A stretch of 64,000 bases of DNA from Acutalibacteraceae bacterium (GTDB taxonomy: Bacteria; Bacillota; Clostridia; Oscillospirales; Acutalibacteraceae), in NCBI GenBank assembly GCA_045632815.1, contig JAZQXJ010000033.1:14966-78965 (forward strand), read 5' to 3'. Under the pieces are notes generated by a model, which saw only the letters and a list, made by a program, of their open reading frames with translations, did no database searches and was not told where the DNA came from. Numbering within the stretch: position 1 is the first letter of the stretch; the number at the start of each line of letters is the position of its first letter. Below are positions 57,264 to 64,000 of the stretch, piece after piece. The translations under genes were made by a program, and so were the position numbers.

Positions 57264-58817
57264 TTAATACCAGAATATACCGAGCAGAAGAATCATAATC
57301 ACCCATTGCCACCAGGTGTATGAAACATTGACTCCGAACTGCGCCGTGCAGCCCTCATAGGTTACGGTGATTGTCTGTGCGCCCGTTTTTGCCATAGTTT
57401 TGGGGCTTACCTCGTAGCCGCTTGTAACGGTTTCGGTTGAGCCGTCCGAGTAAGTAACATAAAGTTCAAGTCCCGTTATGTCAAGTTCTTCCTTATAAAT
57501 ATAGCTCGTTTTGTTGGGAAGAGTAAGCACGGAAACGGATTTTACGGTTTTATCGTCAACACCGTTGATTTTATAAGGAACGGAATTGTTGATTGCATAA
57601 GTATGAGCAGCCGAGCCGCTGTCAACCCAAAGGGTGATACTGTCGCAGTTTTCAAATGCGCCTCTCTCAACCGTTGTTACCGTTGAGAGGATTTTTATTT
57701 TTTCAAGCGCCGTGCAGCCGTAAAAAGCACCGATACCAATTGATTTTACGCTTGAAGGAATCGTAACCGATGTAAGCTTTTCGCAGCTTTCAAAGCTCTT
57801 TGTGCTGATTGCAGTTACACCTTCTTCAAAAACAACGCTCTCAAGCGCCGACATATAAAATGCACTTTCAAAATCCGTTACGCTTGCAGGAATTCTGATG
57901 CTCTTAAGAGCGGCACATCTGCCGAATGACTGCGAGCCGAGATATGTAACCGTTGACGGAATTGTAACATCCGAAAGCTGCCTTGTGCTGTAAAAAGCAT
58001 AGTTATCAATCTTTTCAAGTCCGTCGGGAAGTATAATCTTTGTAAGAGATGCGTTCTCGCCGAATGCATAGTCGGCAATGGTCTTTGTGTCGGAAAGAAC
58101 TGTGTATGAGGTCTGCGCCTTTCCGTTGGGATACTGAATAAGTGCCTTTTCGCCGGTTGAAGGGTTGGGACCGTAAAGCACGCCGTTTGAGCTGCTGTAA
58201 ACCGTGTTGCCGCTTGCAACCGTATATGATGCAACGGAATTACATCCGATGAATGCATTCTTGCCGATTGAAGTTACTGCCGCGGGAATTGTGACCGCAT
58301 TGAGCGACGCGCATTTGCCGAATGCCTCGCTGCCGATTTTGGTTACCGTTGCAGGAATATCAAGCTCTTCAAGTGCCGAGCAGCCGTAAAACATCTTCTG
58401 AGTTATCTGCTTTGTTTTTGCAGGCAGAACGATTGTTTTGAGTGAACTGCAGTTATAAAAAACATCGGTGCCGAAGGTGCAGGTATCGCCTGCAAAAGTT
58501 ACTTCTTCAAGCTTGTCACAGTTATAAAAAGCCGTGTTACCGATTTTTTTCACGGTTGACGGAATATTGACCTTTGTTATTCTTGTGCAGCCGTTGAACG
58601 CACCGTTGCCGATTTGCGTTACCGTTGTGCCGTTGTAAGATGAGGGTATATCAATTTCTCCCGTTGCGGTTGAAACGCAGCCCGTTACGGTTGCAATTCC
58701 GTCAAACACCCTTATCGTAAGGTTGCTTTCACCTGCCGCGGAAGCACCGACTCCCACGCAGGACAGAATCACCGCCAACGAAAGAAAAATGCTCAGTATT
58801 TTTGCGATTTTTTTCAT
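57264..58817 (-). CDS. BspA-like leucine-rich-repeat surface protein with an Ig-like (Big_3) domain
   Basis: Signal peptide, repeated IP.TV..IG..AF..C..L units, P.KT.Y...E.LD..GL...Y.DG domain, C-terminal WWQW...WY helix. Confidence 0.88.
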   Translation of the reverse strand: MKKIAKILSIFLSLAVILSCVGVGASAAGESNLTIRVFDGIATVTGCVSTATGEIDIPSSYNGTTVTQIGNGAFNGCTRITKVNIPSTVKKIGNTAFYNCDKLEEVTFAGDTCTFGTDVFYNCSSLKTIVLPAKTKQITQKMFYGCSALEELDIPATVTKIGSEAFGKCASLNAVTIPAAVTSIGKNAFIGCNSVASYTVASGNTVYSSSNGVLYGPNPSTGEKALIQYPNGKAQTSYTVLSDTKTIADYAFGENASLTKIILPDGLEKIDNYAFYSTRQLSDVTIPSTVTYLGSQSFGRCAALKSIRIPASVTDFESAFYMSALESVVFEEGVTAISTKSFESCEKLTSVTIPSSVKSIGIGAFYGCTALEKIKILSTVTTVERGAFENCDSITLWVDSGSAAHTYAINNSVPYKINGVDDKTVKSVSVLTLPNKTSYIYKEELDITGLELYVTYSDGSTETVTSGYEVSPKTMAKTGAQTITVTYEGCTAQFGVNVSYTWWQWVIMILLLGIFWY

Positions 58818-58966
58818 AGTTTGTCCCCCTGTCAGATATTATCGCATTTTGATTATACATTAATTTATATAAAAAATCAATATATTTTGTTCAGTTTCAG
58901 TCTGTTCATATTGACAAATATATATGAAATAACTAAAATTAGGGTATTACTGACAGGAGAAAAACT

Positions 58967-60607
58967 ATGATTGACGAAAACGGAAAATTCTATAAACCCG
59001 AGCGCGGCTCAACCTGCAACCCCGACCACATTATGCTGGCTTTCTGCGGCGATGCAAAGTCCGAAATGGCTGTTATCTGGCGTACCTGCACGGATATTAC
59101 CTGCGGCTACATTCTTTATCGCAGGGAAGATGCAACCGAATGGACGAAAGCCGATGCAAAATACGCAACAAAGGAAACCGATATTGACATCAGCAATTAT
59201 TATTCGGTAAGACTCAGCGGTCTTGAGGCAGGCACAAAGTATGTTTACAATGTCGGCTGTGACGATTACCGAAGCGAGGATTTCACATTTGAAACCGAGC
59301 CTGAAAACCTTGATAAATTCAGCTTTATTGTCATTACCGACCATCAGAAAGGCGACCCCTGCCACCTGCCCGATTACAGCAAGGTTGGCGATATGCTTAA
59401 AAATGCGCTGAAAAAGCATCCCGAATGCAGATTCATTTTCACCGCAGGCGACAACTGCGACAACGGTCAGAATGAAGTTCAATGGAACGGAATGTTTGAG
59501 GGGCTTAAGGGTATAATCGAAAGTATGCCTTATATGATGACAACGGGCAACCACGATAACCGCGGATATATTACATATTTCCCCGAGCCTACGGGAAAAT
59601 ATTATCTTGAACACGCCGATTTCTTTGATTTTCAATTCGGTGCGGCTTATCCCGACAACGGTCCCGAGGGGTACACGGGCGAAAACTATTCGTTCGATTA
59701 CGGCAACACTCATTTCCTTGTGCTTGGTATAAATGCACCGCAGATTGTTGAGGATTGGGCATACAACGACCTGCAAAACAGCAACAAAACCTGGAAATTG
59801 GGCGCATATCATTTCCCCATTTATCCCGTTATGCCCGAGGGTCAGAATAACGACGGCTATCCTTGGCTGAGAAAGCCCATTGAGGATGGCAGACTCGACA
59901 TCCTTTTTGAGGGTCACGAGCATTCATTCGCACGCACTTTCCCCACCAAAAACGACGAACATTTTGACCGCCCGTCAGAGGGTACCGTGCATTATATCGT
60001 CGGCAACGGCGGCGGAAATATTTATCACTCGAACGCACCGAAGGTCTGGCACAGCGCATTTTATCCGCAGGAAATCAGAGTCGGCTCATACACACTTGTT
60101 GAGATTGACGGCAATGTGCTGACAGCTACTGCATACCTTGCCGACGGCAGAATAATAGATGTTTTCACCATTGATAAAAACAAAGATCTGATTACCCCAT
60201 ATGCCCTTGCACCTACATATGACTGGACTAAAATGGCATTCAAGGGTCAGATGCTTGAGCTTATCGCCCGTGAGCATTACGCGGTAATGAAAGACGGAAT
60301 ATGGTATGCACCTTTCGGCGTTGTGATGCAGTTCATCGGCGGCAAGGTTGTTAAAGAAAAGGACAGCCTTTATATTGAGGCTTACGGTCACAGAGCAACC
60401 TTTACCGAGGGCAGTAACCTTGCAAAAACAGACCTCGGCACCGTTGAAATGCAGGGCAAACCGTATTTTTACAGAAACCAGCTTTACATTCCCGTTGACG
60501 ACTCTGCAAAGATGTTCGAAATGGAATGGTACCACGCAAAACGCAATAACTTTATAAACTGGAACACTCCCAGCGAGGATAAACCTCTCTGCAAACACCC
60601 CGAATAA
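58967..60607 (+). CDS. Purple-acid-phosphatase-like metallophosphoesterase with FN3 and a C-terminal copper-amine-oxidase-N-like domain
   Basis: TDHQ, GD, GNHD, HFP, GHEH motifs. FN3 signature L.GLEAGTKY.Y.VG. Confidence 0.8.
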   Translation: MIDENGKFYKPERGSTCNPDHIMLAFCGDAKSEMAVIWRTCTDITCGYILYRREDATEWTKADAKYATKETDIDISNYYSVRLSGLEAGTKYVYNVGCDDYRSEDFTFETEPENLDKFSFIVITDHQKGDPCHLPDYSKVGDMLKNALKKHPECRFIFTAGDNCDNGQNEVQWNGMFEGLKGIIESMPYMMTTGNHDNRGYITYFPEPTGKYYLEHADFFDFQFGAAYPDNGPEGYTGENYSFDYGNTHFLVLGINAPQIVEDWAYNDLQNSNKTWKLGAYHFPIYPVMPEGQNNDGYPWLRKPIEDGRLDILFEGHEHSFARTFPTKNDEHFDRPSEGTVHYIVGNGGGNIYHSNAPKVWHSAFYPQEIRVGSYTLVEIDGNVLTATAYLADGRIIDVFTIDKNKDLITPYALAPTYDWTKMAFKGQMLELIAREHYAVMKDGIWYAPFGVVMQFIGGKVVKEKDSLYIEAYGHRATFTEGSNLAKTDLGTVEMQGKPYFYRNQLYIPVDDSAKMFEMEWYHAKRNNFINWNTPSEDKPLCKHPE

Positions 60608-60620
60608 AGGAGAAAACAAG

Positions 60621-63600
60621 ATGCTTTACAAAAAGAATTCAGCACCTGCCCTTACAAACGAGCTTTTCAAAAACCCCACCTGCGAATACAGAGGCACTCC
60701 CTTCTGGGCTTGGAACAGCGACCTCAAAGCAGAAGAACTCTGCAATCAGATTGAAATTTTCAAAAAGATGGGTCTCGGCGGCTTCCATATGCACGTTCGT
60801 ACGGGTATGTCAACAAACTATCTTTCGGATGAATTTATGTCGCTCATCAAGTGCTGCTGCGAAAAGGCAGACAAAGAGCATATGCTCGCCTGGCTTTACG
60901 ACGAGGACAGATGGCCCTCGGGCGCAGCGGGCGGTCTTGTTACAAAGGACGAAGAATACAGAGCGCGCTGCCTGCTGATGACAACCGTTCCCTGCAGCAA
61001 TGAAGATGTTGCCGCAACAATCATTGATTCCCGTGCAGAGGGCGGCAGAGAAGGCAAGGGCTGGCTAATCAACTGCTATGATATCATTCTTGACGAAAAC
61101 GGATATCTCAAGGATTATAAAATTATCGGCGAGGACGATGAAGCAGAGGGTACAAAATGGTATGCCTATGTCAAAATCCACGCACCCTCACCCTGGTACA
61201 ACAATCAGACATATCTTGACACCCTCAATCCCAAGGCTGTTCAGCGTTTTGTTGAGGTTACTCACGAGAGATACAAGCAGGTTATCGGCGATTGCTTCGG
61301 CGGCGTAGTGCCTGCAATATTCACCGATGAGCCTCAGTTCACCCGCAAGGATGTGCTTGACAACTCAACGGATAAAGACGATATCGCAATGCCGTGGACA
61401 GACGATATTCCCGAAACATACAAGGCGCAGTACGGCGAGGATATCCTCGCTACCCTGCCCGAAATCTTCTGGGAGCTTCCCGACGGCAAGGTTTCAACAA
61501 CAAGATATCATTATCACGATCATATTTCCGAGCGCTTCGCAGAGGCATTTGCCGATGTATGCGGCTCGTGGTGCAGAGAAAACGGAATTGCCCTTACAGG
61601 TCATATGATGGAAGAGCCTTCGCTCCACAGCCAGACAGCAGCTCTCGGCGATGCAATGCGCTCATACAGAGGCTTTGACCTGCCCGGCATCGATATGCTT
61701 TGCGCAAGTTTCGAATTCACAACCGCAAAGCAGGCGCAGTCCGCAGTTCATCAGTACGGCAGAGAGGGTATGCTCTCCGAGCTTTACGGCGTTACGGGCT
61801 GGGATTACGATTTCAGAGGCTACAAGCTCCACGGCGACTGGCAGGCTTGCCTCGGCGTAACAATCCGAGTACCTCACCTTTCCTGGTACGCAATGGGCGG
61901 CGAAGCAAAGCGTGACTATCCCGCATCAATCCATTATCAGTCACCCTGGTGGGAGGAATTCTCATATCTTGAGGACCACTTCGCAAGAGTCAACACCGCA
62001 ATGACAAGAGGTAAGCCCGTTGTCAAGGTCGGCGTTATTCATCCCGTTGAAAGTTTCTGGCTCCATTGGGGTCCCAACGATAAAACCGCGCTTATCCGTG
62101 AAAATATGGATGAAAAATTCCAGAATCTCACAAGCTGGCTCCTTAAGGGCAGCGTTGATTTCAACTTCATCAGCGAATCGCTTCTCCCCTCTCTTTGTGA
62201 AAATGCATCTGCTCCCCTGCAGGTTGGCGAAATGGCATATGATGCCGTTATCATACCCGATTGCGAGACCTTGCGTTCAACAACAATCGAGCGCCTTGAA
62301 GCATTCAGAAACGCAGGCGGCAAGCTGATTTTCCTCGGCAACGCCCCCACATTTACCGATGGCATTCCCGACGGCAGAGGCAAGGCACTCTATGAGAAAT
62401 CAACGGTTATTCCTTATGACAGAGAAAAGCTTCTTAATGCACTTGAGGAAAACAGAACGGTCACTCTCCGCCTTGCAAACGGCAGACTTTCCGATAAATT
62501 TATTTATCAGCTTCGCAAAGACGGCAGCACCGAATGGCTTTTCATCAGCCGTTGCTGTGAGCCTTACAACAAGGATTGCGTACGCGAAAATCATATGCGC
62601 ATAAGCGTTAAGGGCGAGTTCACGCCTTATGTTTATGACACAATCAGCGGCGAGATTTATCCCATAGCCTGCGAATACATAAACGGCAACACGGTTATCG
62701 CAAAAACTCTTTACGATTATGACAGCCTGCTGCTCAGACTTGATGAGGGTAAGGCAAAAAATGCAGTTGAGCCTGAAAAGGAAATTCTTCTTGCAAATGC
62801 AAAAGCGATGCCCGCGCTTGTACCTTATACCCTTTCTGAGCGCAACGCATATCTGCTTGATATGGCTGAATTTGCCCTTGACGGCGGCGAGTTTATGGCT
62901 GAAGAAGAAATTCTTCGCCTTGATAATGTATGCCGTGAAATGGTCGGCTTTGTTGAGCGTGGCGGAAATGTTGCACAGCCCTGGGTTATCGAGCCTGAAA
63001 CAATCAAGCACTATGTGACCCTCAGATTCAGAATAAACAGCGAAATCGATTACAGCGGCGCAGAGCTTGCACTTGAAGACGCCGAAAAAGCAAAGATTAT
63101 TTTCAACGGCGCAGAAATTGCAAACACAATCACGGGCTGGTACACCGATAAGGACATCAAAACGGTTGCGCTTACGGATATCCGCAAGGGCGAGAATATT
63201 CTTGATATTACCTTGCCTTTCGGCACAAGAACGAACACGGAATGGTGCTATATTCTCGGCGATTTCGGCGTAAATGTTGTCGGCAGAGCAAAGGTTATCA
63301 CAGCCCTGTCCGAAAAGCTGGGCTTCGGCTCAATCATAAATCAGGGTCTGCCCTTCTACGGCGGAAATGTTACTTATCACCTTGAAGCAGAGGGCAGCAG
63401 CCTGAGAGTTGAAGCTACAAGATACAGGGGCGCTCTCATTTCCGTTGCCGTTGACGGCGAGGAAAAGGGCAAGATTGTTTACCCGCCTTACATTCTTGAT
63501 GTTGACGGACTTGCAGACAGCAAGCATAATATTGACATCACACTTTTCGGTAACCGCTACAACGCATTCGGCCCCGTGCATCTTACCGATGTGAAACATT

Positions 63601-63707
63601 CATGGCACGGCCCCGGAGCATGGCGCAGCGACGAGGAATGCTGGAGTTATGAATATGTACTCCGCGATGTAGGCATCCTCGCAAGACCGATTGTTACAAC
63701 AAAATAA
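60621..63707 (+). CDS. Large glycoside hydrolase, GH106 (alpha-L-rhamnosidase)-like
   Basis: PFWAWN, GGFHMH.R.G, WLYDEDRWPSG, FTDEP, TGH...E, SE.YG, KRDYP. Confidence 0.75.
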   Translation: MLYKKNSAPALTNELFKNPTCEYRGTPFWAWNSDLKAEELCNQIEIFKKMGLGGFHMHVRTGMSTNYLSDEFMSLIKCCCEKADKEHMLAWLYDEDRWPSGAAGGLVTKDEEYRARCLLMTTVPCSNEDVAATIIDSRAEGGREGKGWLINCYDIILDENGYLKDYKIIGEDDEAEGTKWYAYVKIHAPSPWYNNQTYLDTLNPKAVQRFVEVTHERYKQVIGDCFGGVVPAIFTDEPQFTRKDVLDNSTDKDDIAMPWTDDIPETYKAQYGEDILATLPEIFWELPDGKVSTTRYHYHDHISERFAEAFADVCGSWCRENGIALTGHMMEEPSLHSQTAALGDAMRSYRGFDLPGIDMLCASFEFTTAKQAQSAVHQYGREGMLSELYGVTGWDYDFRGYKLHGDWQACLGVTIRVPHLSWYAMGGEAKRDYPASIHYQSPWWEEFSYLEDHFARVNTAMTRGKPVVKVGVIHPVESFWLHWGPNDKTALIRENMDEKFQNLTSWLLKGSVDFNFISESLLPSLCENASAPLQVGEMAYDAVIIPDCETLRSTTIERLEAFRNAGGKLIFLGNAPTFTDGIPDGRGKALYEKSTVIPYDREKLLNALEENRTVTLRLANGRLSDKFIYQLRKDGSTEWLFISRCCEPYNKDCVRENHMRISVKGEFTPYVYDTISGEIYPIACEYINGNTVIAKTLYDYDSLLLRLDEGKAKNAVEPEKEILLANAKAMPALVPYTLSERNAYLLDMAEFALDGGEFMAEEEILRLDNVCREMVGFVERGGNVAQPWVIEPETIKHYVTLRFRINSEIDYSGAELALEDAEKAKIIFNGAEIANTITGWYTDKDIKTVALTDIRKGENILDITLPFGTRTNTEWCYILGDFGVNVVGRAKVITALSEKLGFGSIINQGLPFYGGNVTYHLEAEGSSLRVEATRYRGALISVAVDGEEKGKIVYPPYILDVDGLADSKHNIDITLFGNRYNAFGPVHLTDVKHSWHGPGAWRSDEECWSYEYVLRDVGILARPIVTTK

Positions 63708-63712
63708 CCATC

Positions 63713-63742
63713 AAGGCACATTGCTTCTGCGGTGTGCCTTTT
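63713..63742 (+). terminator. Intrinsic terminator
   Basis: aaggcaca-N12-tgtgcctt-tt. Confidence 0.7.
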
Positions 63743-63764
63743 CTAATTTATATTATAAAATTTC

Positions 63765-63793
63765 TTGACACCTCATCCTGTTTGTGCTATTCT
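63765..63793 (+). promoter_or_regulatory. sigA-type promoter
   Basis: TTGACA-N17-TATTCT with extended TG. Confidence 0.65.
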
Positions 63794-63914
63794 ATTTATT
63801 GTATAAATAAATAAATTTGTTTATTTCTTAATAGAAATAGTTTTGTGAGCTGATACGGCTTGTGTGCTTGGGTTTCAGCTTGCAAAAATACAAATCAAAG
63901 AAAGGAGGAGTCCG

Positions 63915-64000
63915 ATGTTTGTGCCAACCCCGTTCGGCATTATGCTTAAAACATCCCGTGAATATGCCGGAATATCTCAGGGCGAGCTTGCGGATGTGCT
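63915..64000 (+). CDS. XRE-family HTH protein, 3'-truncated
   Basis: RBS aaggagg. MFVPTPFGIMLKTSREYAGISQGELADV matches the Cro/C1 HTH start pattern. Confidence 0.75.
   Translation, partial: MFVPTPFGIMLKTSREYAGISQGELADV

Overview
This is a chromosomal segment of a spore-forming Clostridia bacterium, probably Oscillospirales. The assignment rests on the gene set, the sigA and sigE promoters, spoIVF-like genes and Ruminococcaceae-type repeats. Core loci are tig-clpP-clpX, thrC, rplS-lepB-lepB-rbgA-capA-rnhB-yraN, TIGR03960/TIGR03936, proBA, mutS2 and ylxM-ffh-rpsP-khpA-rimM-trmD. Accessory content includes transporters, GH30 and GH106-like hydrolases, several metallophosphoesterases and secreted proteins. 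The most notable signals are: (1) three paralogous B12-dependent radical SAM enzymes in two loci, next to an NDP-sugar epimerase, a polyprenol-phosphate-type GT2, a HAD phosphatase and two related GT-C-like membrane proteins, suggesting an undescribed surface-glycan tailoring pathway; (2) an exact palindrome TGTAAAG-N8-CTTTACA present as two pairs 20 kb apart, one pair bracketing a dense DnaA-box cluster and covering the ylxM-ffh transcription start; (3) a naturally circularly permuted family-3 amino-acid-binding lipoprotein; (4) two terminator-associated miniature elements that share a GTAC-N4-GTAC core; and (5) unusual C-terminal anchor motifs on secreted proteins. No rRNA, tRNA, CRISPR array or intact transposase was seen. 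All calls come from reading motifs by eye; no database searches were run.
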